Source: Nitrospinota bacterium (lineage in GTDB: Bacteria; UBA8248). From it: 45,733 nt of DNA. Within the stretch, counting starts at the first letter, position 1; each line of letters begins with the position of its first letter. The notes beneath the pieces are model-generated. The model did not search any database. It was not told where the DNA came from and saw nothing but the letters and a program-made list of their open reading frames with translations. Made by a program: the position numbers and the translations under genes. Below are positions 38,128 through 45,733 of the stretch, piece after piece. Location of the stretch: NCBI GenBank assembly GCA_046581755.1, contig JAYGFR010000038.1, positions 1-45,733 on the forward strand, written 5' to 3'.

Positions 38128-39840
38128 CTATATGGCGGCCCGTTCGATTTCGGCCTCCCCGGCCGGGCGCCGTATCTTGCCCAGCCAGTCCGACGCTTTT
38201 TCGATGAGCGGGGTGAGACTGTCCGGGTCGATGCCGCTGACGCTCACGCCCTCGTAGCGCCTGCATAAATTGGCCAGATGGATTTCATCCGCCCGGTCGT
38301 TTTTGTTGAAGACATGCAGGATGGGCGTATCCTTCAGGCCGATTTGATCCAGAAGCTTTTCCACGGCGGCCAGTTTTTCCTCGCAACCCGGGTCCGAGGC
38401 GTCGATGACGTGGAGGAGAAGATCGGCGTCCTGCAATTCCTCGAGCGTGGATTTGAACGCCCCGATCAGTTCCTTGGGAAGGTCGTGAATGAACCCGATG
38501 GTGTCGGTGACGAGGACCTCCTGGTCGCGCGGCAGGCGGAGCCTCCGGCTCGATGTGTCGAGGGTGGCGAATAGCTGATTCGCGGCCAGCACGTCGCTGT
38601 TCGTCAGGGCGTTGAGCAGGGTGGATTTTCCCGCATTGGTGTAGCCCACGAGCGAGAGGATGGGCACCTCGCGGCGGTTTCGAAGCAGCCTCCCCTGGGT
38701 GCGCTTATGCTGAAGCTGGGCGAGGTCGCGCTCGAGGCGGCGTATGCGCTCGTCGGCGCGGCGCTGGGAGACTTCGAGTTTGGTCTCCCCGGGGCCGCGC
38801 CCGCCGATTCCGCCCGTCAGGCGGCTCATCGCCGTGTGTTTCGCGGAAAGGCGCGGGAGCAGGTAGCGGAGCTGCGCGAGTTCGACCTGAAGTTTCCCGA
38901 CCCGGCTTCTCGCCCGCTGGGCGAAGATATCGAGAATGATTTGGGTCCGGTCCAGGATTTTGAGATCCGTGAAATCGGCCAGGTTCCGGACCTGGGCCGA
39001 GGAAAGTTCCTGGGCGAATACGAGCGCCTCGGCGCCCGATTGCATGGACCGCATCAAAACCTCGGCCAGGCGCCCGCGGCCGATGACGAAGCGGGGATCG
39101 GGCGTCTTCCGGCGCTGGACAACCTTGCCGCAGGGGATGAATCCCGCACCCCGGACGAGGGTTTCGAGTTCCGTGAGTTCGGCCTTGACCGAGCGGCCCG
39201 TTTGGCTTCCCGTGTCGATGAAGATGAGGAGGGCGCGCTCGCCTTTTTCGAATTGGGTCGAATCGCGCTGGGTGCGGGAAAACTCCTCCTCCAGGGAAGA
39301 GATCAAGTCAGCGATGTCCAGCTGGAGCCGCGTCAGGCCGGGATATGTCACCGTCTCCCACGGGGGGGGCTGGCCCTTCCCGGCGGAGGCGTCCCCGGGG
39401 TCGTCCTCCGCGTTGGAGTCGGGGAGAATATGGGCTACATGGACGCGGCCCGGTTCGCCCCCTTCGAGAGTTTCGATTACGGCCATGGCGTCCAGGCGAA
39501 GAAGCGCCATGTCGGTGAGATCTTCTTGAGAAAGCGGGGAGGGTTTGAGGTGGGTGTGGATGCATCTCAGGCCGCGCAGCCTGGAGGTTCCGGCGCGGGC
39601 GCGCCCGAGTTCGGGGATTTCGATCCCGCGCGCGTCTCCCACGATGACGTGGCGCACGGTGCCCTGGCGATCGACGAGAATCCCGATTTGGCGCGAAATT
39701 TCACTCGAAAGCGCCGCAAGCTCCCTTCCGAAGTCGAGGTGAATCAGTTCGCGAGGAGGGATTTTTCGGCGGTAGAGCCGTTCGAGGGAACGAATTTGCT
39801 TGGATTTCAGGCCTTTCAGCCGGCCGAACAATTTTGCGAT
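38128..39840 (-). CDS. hflX: Ribosome-splitting GTPase HflX, long form; probable ATC start
   Basis: ILDRTQIILDIFAQRA, GGIGGRGPGETKLE, G1 GYTNAGKS, LFATLD, DTIGF, NKND; N-terminal extension LERLYRRKIP...RCIHTH. Confidence 0.93.
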   Translation of the reverse strand: MAKLFGRLKGLKSKQIRSLERLYRRKIPPRELIHLDFGRELAALSSEISRQIGILVDRQGTVRHVIVGDARGIEIPELGRARAGTSRLRGLRCIHTHLKPSPLSQEDLTDMALLRLDAMAVIETLEGGEPGRVHVAHILPDSNAEDDPGDASAGKGQPPPWETVTYPGLTRLQLDIADLISSLEEEFSRTQRDSTQFEKGERALLIFIDTGSQTGRSVKAELTELETLVRGAGFIPCGKVVQRRKTPDPRFVIGRGRLAEVLMRSMQSGAEALVFAQELSSAQVRNLADFTDLKILDRTQIILDIFAQRARSRVGKLQVELAQLRYLLPRLSAKHTAMSRLTGGIGGRGPGETKLEVSQRRADERIRRLERDLAQLQHKRTQGRLLRNRREVPILSLVGYTNAGKSTLLNALTNSDVLAANQLFATLDTSSRRLRLPRDQEVLVTDTIGFIHDLPKELIGAFKSTLEELQDADLLLHVIDASDPGCEEKLAAVEKLLDQIGLKDTPILHVFNKNDRADEIHLANLCRRYEGVSVSGIDPDSLTPLIEKASDWLGKIRRPAGEAEIERAAI

Positions 39841-39961
39841 GAGGGCGCTCCCCTTGAGGATGAGGGCAGGTGAACACACCGAATAACCAAATTCATAGTA
39901 ATGGGTCCATCGGGCCGCCGCAAGCTCGCCGGGCCCCCGCTTCAAACCTGATCCCGCCGGT

Positions 39962-39990
39962 TTGACACACCGCGGACCGTAAAATAGAGT
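39962..39990 (+). promoter_or_regulatory. Sigma70-type promoter for mgtE
   Basis: TTGACA-17 bp-TAGAGT. Confidence 0.65.
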
Positions 39991-40067
39991 GCAGAGCTTT
40001 TCGGGCGAGAGAGTTTATTTTCAATGGTTTTGGGCAGTAAATCCACGGGCGGGATCTGGGGGAGTTC

Positions 40068-41426
40068 ATGGTTCAGGAACGCGATTCCCGGCTTTTTCAT
40101 ATTGAGGATACCATCCGCCGGCTTCTCCGCCGGAATGCGGAAACCCACCTCGAAAACGCTTTCGAAAAACTCCACCCGGCCGAGACGGCCCAGGTGTTCC
40201 GGAACCTGGAGCCCGAGGAACTGCAAAGCGCCTTCCACGTCATTCAGGACATTGAGCGGCGCGCCGAAATTCTTTCCGAGTGCGATCAGCACATCGTCCT
40301 GGCGTTGCTCGACCCGATGGCGAACGAGGAGGTGGTGGCCCTCCTGAAGCAAATCGGCAGCGACGATGCCCGCCACCTTCTCGAATCCCTCACCGAACAA
40401 CGAGCCGCCGAGGTTCTCGAGCTGTTGGGTATCGGCGAATCGTTCATCATCGAAGATATCATGGCCTATGCCCCCGATACGGCGGGGAGCATCATGACCG
40501 ATTCGTTCGTGGCGTATTTCGATGAAACGACCGTGGAGGAGGCCGTCGCCGAGGTCCGCAAGGCGAACGAGGTCGAGTACGTTTTTTATGTGTACGTCCT
40601 GGACGAGGAGCGCCGCCTGCGGGGGGTGATCAGCCTCCGCCAGCTCCTGCTCGCGGAGCCCGATAAGCACTTGAGCGAAGTTATGACGGCGCACGTGTGG
40701 AGCGTGAACGTTCATGCCGATCAGGAGGACGTGGCCCGTCTCGTATCCAGGTACAATATCCTGGCGATTCCGGTCGTGGACGATTCGAGCAATTTGATTG
40801 GGATCGTTACCGTCGATGACGTGATCGATGTCCTTCGCGACGAGGCCACCGAGGACATTCTCAAGATGGCGGGCACGCACGCCGAGGAGATCACCAACCT
40901 CTCGGTCGGAAGAATGGCCTGGGTCCGGTTCCCCTGGCTTTTCGTGAGCTGGTTGGGGGGAATCGGCGCGGCCTGGCTGATCGGCAGTTTCCGGGAAGAG
41001 TTGAGCAAGGTGATCGCCCTGGCCGCCTTCATGCCCGTCATCATCGGCATGGCCGGAAACGTGGGCACCCAGAGCGCGACGATTATCGTGCGCGGACTGG
41101 CGACCGGACGCGTCAGCCCGAACGCCTGGCTCCGCGTGGTCTCCAAGCAACTGGGGGCGGGCGTGATCCTCGGCGCGGCCTACGGCGTCCTCTTGGGGAT
41201 TCTCACGTTGTTCCAGTTCCAGTCGATGGCGATGCTCGGGCTCGTGGTCGCCCTCTCCATCGCCGCCTCGATGATCCTGGCGGCGCTGCTTTCCTCGATC
41301 CTTCCGCTCCTTCTCCACCGGTTCCGGTTCGACCCGGCGGTCGCGACCGGGCCGCTCGTTACGACGGGCGTGGATATCATCGGAATCCTGGTTTATTTCT
41401 CCATCGCCCGATTTCTTCTCCTGTAG
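40068..41426 (+). CDS. mgtE: Magnesium transporter MgtE
   Basis: N-domain, CBS pair (TAGSIM, IPVVD, GIVTVDDVID), RFPWL, GMAGNVGTQS, DPAVATGPLVTT. Confidence 0.95.
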   Translation: MVQERDSRLFHIEDTIRRLLRRNAETHLENAFEKLHPAETAQVFRNLEPEELQSAFHVIQDIERRAEILSECDQHIVLALLDPMANEEVVALLKQIGSDDARHLLESLTEQRAAEVLELLGIGESFIIEDIMAYAPDTAGSIMTDSFVAYFDETTVEEAVAEVRKANEVEYVFYVYVLDEERRLRGVISLRQLLLAEPDKHLSEVMTAHVWSVNVHADQEDVARLVSRYNILAIPVVDDSSNLIGIVTVDDVIDVLRDEATEDILKMAGTHAEEITNLSVGRMAWVRFPWLFVSWLGGIGAAWLIGSFREELSKVIALAAFMPVIIGMAGNVGTQSATIIVRGLATGRVSPNAWLRVVSKQLGAGVILGAAYGVLLGILTLFQFQSMAMLGLVVALSIAASMILAALLSSILPLLLHRFRFDPAVATGPLVTTGVDIIGILVYFSIARFLLL

Positions 41427-41447
41427 CCGGTGAGGCGAGGGTAGCGC

Positions 41448-41876
41448 ATGCCGCTTTCGATCCGGTTCCGGGTCCGCTATGCCGAGACGGATCAGATGGG
41501 CGTGGTCCATCATGCCGTTTATTTCGTCTGGTTCGAGCATCTGCGGACCGAGTATTTTCGGGACATGGGATTTCCCTACGGAGAGCTGGAGGAGCGCGGC
41601 ATATTTTTCCCCGTGATTGAAAGTGGATGCCGCTACCTGGACGGCGCCCGCTACGACGAGGAGGTCGCCGTCACGGGCTGGCTCCGCGAGCCCAGCGGCG
41701 CCCGGGTTCGGATCGACTACCGCGTCGAGCAGGAGGGGCGAAATCTCGCCGAGGGCTTCACCGTTCACGCGCGCACGGACGCCGGCGGGCGCCCGTGCCG
41801 GATTCCCCCCGAAATTCTCGAGAAGATGAAAGAGGCCGCCTCGCCCGCCACCGAGGGCCCCCCCGGAGGCCCATAG
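41448..41876 (+). CDS. Acyl-CoA thioesterase, YbgC/FadM hot-dog family
   Basis: RVRYAETDQMGVVHHAVYFVWFE, ARYDE. Confidence 0.9.
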   Translation: MPLSIRFRVRYAETDQMGVVHHAVYFVWFEHLRTEYFRDMGFPYGELEERGIFFPVIESGCRYLDGARYDEEVAVTGWLREPSGARVRIDYRVEQEGRNLAEGFTVHARTDAGGRPCRIPPEILEKMKEAASPATEGPPGGP

Positions 41877-41967
41877 ACCGCGAAGGGCCCGGCTTGCCTT
41901 GACGCCGGGGCATGGGTCGATAAAGATTCCCGCCGTTGATGACCCGGTGGATTTCATGGAGAAATAA

Positions 41968-44580
41968 ATGCTCGGCGCCTACGAACCCGGCAGGTATGAG
42001 TCCAAATGGCAGGAGGTTTGGGAGCGCGAGGGGATCTTCCGGGCCCCCGACGATCCGGGAGACAAACCCACCTACTACTGCCTGATGATGTTTCCCTATC
42101 CTTCGGGCGACCTCCACATGGGACATGCCTGCAACTACACCATGGGGGACGCCATCAGCCGCTACCGCACGATGCGCGGCCACGCCGTGCTGCACCCCAT
42201 GGGCTGGGACGCCCTGGGCCTTCCTGCCGAAAACGCCGCCATCCAGGCGGGAAGCCACCCGGCCGCCTGGACCCAGCGCAACATCGACAACATGCGCCGC
42301 CAGCTCCGCCTCGCCGGCCTCGCCTACGACTGGAGCCGCGAGCTCTCCACCGCCCATCCGGGCTACTACCGGTGGACCCAGTGGCTCTTTCTCCAGATGT
42401 ACGAGCGCGGCCTCGCCTTTAAGCGAGAGTCCCTCGTCAACTGGGACCCGGTGGACGAGACCGTCCTCGCCAACGAGCAGATCCACGACGGGATCGCGTG
42501 GCGCAGCGGCGCCAAGGTCGAAAAACGCTGGCTCAGCCAGTGGTTCCTCAAGATCACCGACTACGCCCAGCGCCTCCTCGACGATCTCGACGGCCTCGAC
42601 GGCTGGCCCGAACACGTAAAGCAGCAGCAGCGCAACTGGCTGGGCCGAAGCGAGGGCGCGCGCATCGATTTCAAGCTCGAATCGACCGGCGAGACGCTAT
42701 CGGTGTTCACCACGCGGCCGGACACCGTCTACGGCGTCACCTTCATGGTGTGTGCCCCCGAGCACCCCTTGATCGAGCGCCTTTTGGAGGGGAACCCCAA
42801 GGCCGGGGAAATACGCGCCGCCGTCGCCGCCATGTTGTCCCAGACCACCGCCGATCGGATAAGCGAGGAGAAGGAAAAGACTGGCGTCGATACCGGCCAC
42901 ATCGTCATCAACCCCGTCAACGGCGGCCGCGTGCGGCTCCTCATCGCCGACTACGCGCTCATGGAATACGGAACGGGAATCGTCATGGGCGTTCCCGCCC
43001 ACGATCAGCGGGATTTCGTCTTCGCCCGAAAATACGGCATCCCGGTAAAGGTGGTCATTCAGCATCCCGGCGGCGGCCTGCGCGGCGACACCATGACCGA
43101 GGCCTATCTCGAGGACGGCGTCATGGAGGAATCGGGGCCCTTCGACGGCCAGCCCAACCGCGAGGCCTACCCGAGGATGATCGATTATTTTGGCGACCGT
43201 GGTTTCGGCGCGCGCACGATCAACTGGCGCCTGCGCGACTGGCTCATTTCGCGCCAGCGGTACTGGGGCGTTCCGATACCGGTTCTCTACGAGGAGGACG
43301 GCGCGATCACGCCCGTACCCGCCGATCAGCTTCCCGTCATGCACCCGCGCGATGTCCAGTTCACGGGGAAGGGCGGAAACCCCCTGGCCCAGAGCGCGGA
43401 CTTCGTGAACGCCGTCAGCCCGAAAACGGGCAAGCCCGCGCGCCGCGAGACCGACACCATGGACACCTTCGTGGACTCATCGTGGTACTACCTGCGCTAC
43501 GTGTCCTCCAGAAACGAGGAAGCCATTTTCGACTCGCGCGCCGTCAACAGGTGGCTCCCCGTCAAGCAATACATCGGGGGCGCCGAGCACGCCGTCATGC
43601 ATCTTCTCTATTCACGCTTTTTCACCAAGGTCCTCTACGACATGGGACGGGTCGCCTTCGAGGAGCCCTTCGAGAATCTGTTCACCCAGGGGATGGTCTG
43701 CCGGACGGCCTACCGCGTGTCGGGGGGGCGGGGAAACGTTTGGGTGCCCTACCGCGACGTGGACGAGGAGAAGCTGATCGTCACGCGGGACGGCCCCGAG
43801 GGCAGCCGCTACAAGGCGGGCGACCAAGTCTTCGGCGACATGGCCGTGATGAGCAAGAGCAAGCTCAACGGCGTCTCCATCGAGGAGTGCACGGGCCGCT
43901 ACGGCGCGGACGCGGGGCGGCTCTACACCCTGTTCATCGGCCCCCCCGAGCGCGACAAGGAATGGCGCGACGACGGCCTCATCGGCGTGCACCGCTTCCT
44001 CCAGCGGCTCTGGGCCACCTTCCAGGAGCGGCTGGAGGCCTGGACCGCGGCCGAGACATTCTCGGGCGAGGCGTCTTCGCTTTCCTCCTCGGGCCGGAAG
44101 CTCCGCCGGGACGCGCACTACACCCTGCAGCAGGTGAGCGATGTCTACGAGAAATCTTTTTCCTTCAACACGGCCATCGCGCGGATCATGGAGCTCTCGA
44201 CCTCGCTTCGCGCCGAGGCGGGGGCTAAGGCGGGCGTGCAGCGCGAGGCGGCCGAGATTCTCCTTTTGTGCATCGCTCCCATGGCGCCGCACATGGCCGA
44301 GGAGCTTTGGGCCGCGCTGGGGGGCGGATCGGGGCGGGGGAGCATCTTCCGGGAGGACTGGCCCGCCTTCGATGAGGCCGCCATCGCGGCCGAGGAAAAA
44401 GAGTTCGCCGTCCAGATCAACGGCAAGACCCGGCGCACCTTCATGGCCCTGCCCGAAGCCGGGAGGGAGGAACTCCTCGAAAAGGCACGCCGCGCAGCGG
44501 TGGATTATATCGGTGGCAAGGAAGTTGTAAAGGAAATCGTTGTCCCGGGTAGGCTCGTCAACATCGTCGTGAAAGGATAA
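41968..44580 (+). CDS. leuS: Leucine--tRNA ligase
   Basis: MFPYPSGDLHMGH, FTTRPDT editing domain, GVPAHDQRD, DWLISRQRYWG, DTMDTFVDSSWY, VMSKS, VPGRLVNIV. Confidence 0.97.
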   Translation: MLGAYEPGRYESKWQEVWEREGIFRAPDDPGDKPTYYCLMMFPYPSGDLHMGHACNYTMGDAISRYRTMRGHAVLHPMGWDALGLPAENAAIQAGSHPAAWTQRNIDNMRRQLRLAGLAYDWSRELSTAHPGYYRWTQWLFLQMYERGLAFKRESLVNWDPVDETVLANEQIHDGIAWRSGAKVEKRWLSQWFLKITDYAQRLLDDLDGLDGWPEHVKQQQRNWLGRSEGARIDFKLESTGETLSVFTTRPDTVYGVTFMVCAPEHPLIERLLEGNPKAGEIRAAVAAMLSQTTADRISEEKEKTGVDTGHIVINPVNGGRVRLLIADYALMEYGTGIVMGVPAHDQRDFVFARKYGIPVKVVIQHPGGGLRGDTMTEAYLEDGVMEESGPFDGQPNREAYPRMIDYFGDRGFGARTINWRLRDWLISRQRYWGVPIPVLYEEDGAITPVPADQLPVMHPRDVQFTGKGGNPLAQSADFVNAVSPKTGKPARRETDTMDTFVDSSWYYLRYVSSRNEEAIFDSRAVNRWLPVKQYIGGAEHAVMHLLYSRFFTKVLYDMGRVAFEEPFENLFTQGMVCRTAYRVSGGRGNVWVPYRDVDEEKLIVTRDGPEGSRYKAGDQVFGDMAVMSKSKLNGVSIEECTGRYGADAGRLYTLFIGPPERDKEWRDDGLIGVHRFLQRLWATFQERLEAWTAAETFSGEASSLSSSGRKLRRDAHYTLQQVSDVYEKSFSFNTAIARIMELSTSLRAEAGAKAGVQREAAEILLLCIAPMAPHMAEELWAALGGGSGRGSIFREDWPAFDEAAIAAEEKEFAVQINGKTRRTFMALPEAGREELLEKARRAAVDYIGGKEVVKEIVVPGRLVNIVVKG

Positions 44581-44582
44581 CC

Positions 44583-45733
44583 ATGAAATTTTCTTTTTTT
44601 ATGATGCCGTGTCACCAACCCCGGGAGCATCCCACCCTCGCCTTCGAGCGGGACATCTCGCTCATCGAATTCACCGACGCGCTGGATTTCGACGAGTTTT
44701 TCATCGGAGAGCATCATTCGGGTGGATGGGAGACCATGCCCGCGCCCGAGATGGCGCTCGCCAAGGCCTCGGCCACCGCCCACCGGATCCGCCTGGGTAC
44801 ATCGGTGATCGGCCTCCCGTACCACCATCCGTTCCACGTCGCCGAGCGCATGGCCTTCCTCGACCACCTGACGCGGGGCCGGGCCATCCTGGGCATCGGT
44901 CCGAGCAACCTCGTCACCGACAAAAAACTCTTCCAGGTGCCCCCCGACCGGGCCCACGACATGATGACCGAATCGGTGGACATCATCGTCCGCTTGCTCG
45001 AATCCGAGGAGCCCATCGACTATGAGGGCCGCTTCTGGTCGCTGCGCGGCATGCGCCTCCAGTTCCCCTCCTATCAAAAGCCCCGCATGCCGCTCGCCAT
45101 CGCCACCTCGGGAAGCCGCAAGGGGCTCGAATTGGCTGGGAAGTACGGCATGATCCTCATGTCGATGGCCGGGAAAAACCGCGGCCAGAATCCCTCCCAC
45201 GCCGAACAATGGACCATCGTCGAGCGGGCCGCCGCCGATAACGGGGTCCATACCTCGCGCGAGAACTGGCGGATGGCCACCAGCGTCTATGTTGCCGAAA
45301 CCCGCGAGGAAGCCTGGGCCGATGTCGAGGAGGGCATCATGCGCGAGACCGAATATTTCTGGACCATCGGCGTCCGGCCGCAATACGAGGAGTATCCCGG
45401 ACAGCCTTTCGGCGAGGTGACCGCCCGGAGCGCCGCCGACCGGCGGGGCTGGATTGTCGGAACCCCGGACGACGCCATCGCCGCCATCGAGCGGATGCAG
45501 GAGGAAACTGGGGGGTTCGGCGGCCTGATGCTCACCACCCACGAGTGGACGAGCCCCGAAAAAATCCGCCGCTCGCTCGAACTCTTCGCCCGCCACGTCA
45601 TTCCCCACTTCAAGGGCTTCACCCGCGTTTTCCACGACGAATGGCGCCGCATCAAGGAGCAGGTGGCCGGCGGCGGCGTTCCCCTCAACACCGGGGGCCT
45701 CCCCACCAACCTCGATTCCGGCGAGAGACCCCC
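44583..45733 (+). CDS. LLM class flavin-dependent monooxygenase (luciferase-like), 3' end truncated by the window
   Basis: Manual translation MKFSFFMMPCH...FIGEHHSGGWE...IRLGTSVIGLPYHHPFHVAERMAFLDHLTRGR; absent from the ORF track, consistent with no stop in the window. Confidence 0.88.
   Translation, partial: MKFSFFMMPCHQPREHPTLAFERDISLIEFTDALDFDEFFIGEHHSGGWETMPAPEMALAKASATAHRIRLGTSVIGLPYHHPFHVAERMAFLDHLTRGRAILGIGPSNLVTDKKLFQVPPDRAHDMMTESVDIIVRLLESEEPIDYEGRFWSLRGMRLQFPSYQKPRMPLAIATSGSRKGLELAGKYGMILMSMAGKNRGQNPSHAEQWTIVERAAADNGVHTSRENWRMATSVYVAETREEAWADVEEGIMRETEYFWTIGVRPQYEEYPGQPFGEVTARSAADRRGWIVGTPDDAIAAIERMQEETGGFGGLMLTTHEWTSPEKIRRSLELFARHVIPHFKGFTRVFHDEWRRIKEQVAGGGVPLNTGGLPTNLDSGERP

Noticed and set aside
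39942..41957. 671-aa antisense ORF, and other long shadow ORFs such as 17678-19855, 21310-23079, 14366-15775 and 42498-44228
   Set aside because: They overlap well-supported genes in other frames or strands and lack motifs; expected in high-GC DNA

Overview
GC-rich bacterial chromosomal segment (lineage not determinable from the sequence alone) with about 38 genes and no rRNA, tRNA, transposase, integrase or cas gene that I can recognise. The left end carries a selenoneine-type locus: a betaine-class ABC transporter and egtD on the + strand converge on senA-senB on the - strand, with no senC/selD in the window. Next come a VOC gene and a five-gene NDP-sugar/glycosyltransferase/methyltransferase/N-deacetylase operon, then DUF350-queE. 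A co-oriented run of ferredoxin-NADP reductase, crotonase-fold enzyme, B12 acyl-CoA mutase large subunit and AOR-family oxidoreductase follows; the mutase and the crotonase both have altered active sites. The remainder holds hydrolases and peptidases, rlpA, an HD-GYP pseudogene, an AT-rich islet, PilZ, a sulfatase, a 2Fe-2S ferredoxin, an M16 peptidase, hflX, mgtE, a thioesterase, leuS and a truncated LLM monooxygenase. Best leads: (1) the selenoneine locus with its candidate transporter and neighbouring sugar-tailoring operon; (2) an acyl-CoA mutase with a remodelled substrate pocket beside a decarboxylase-like crotonase; (3) two genes that appear to start at ATC behind strong Shine-Dalgarno (SD) sequences. 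All family calls come from motif recognition by eye, not database searches.
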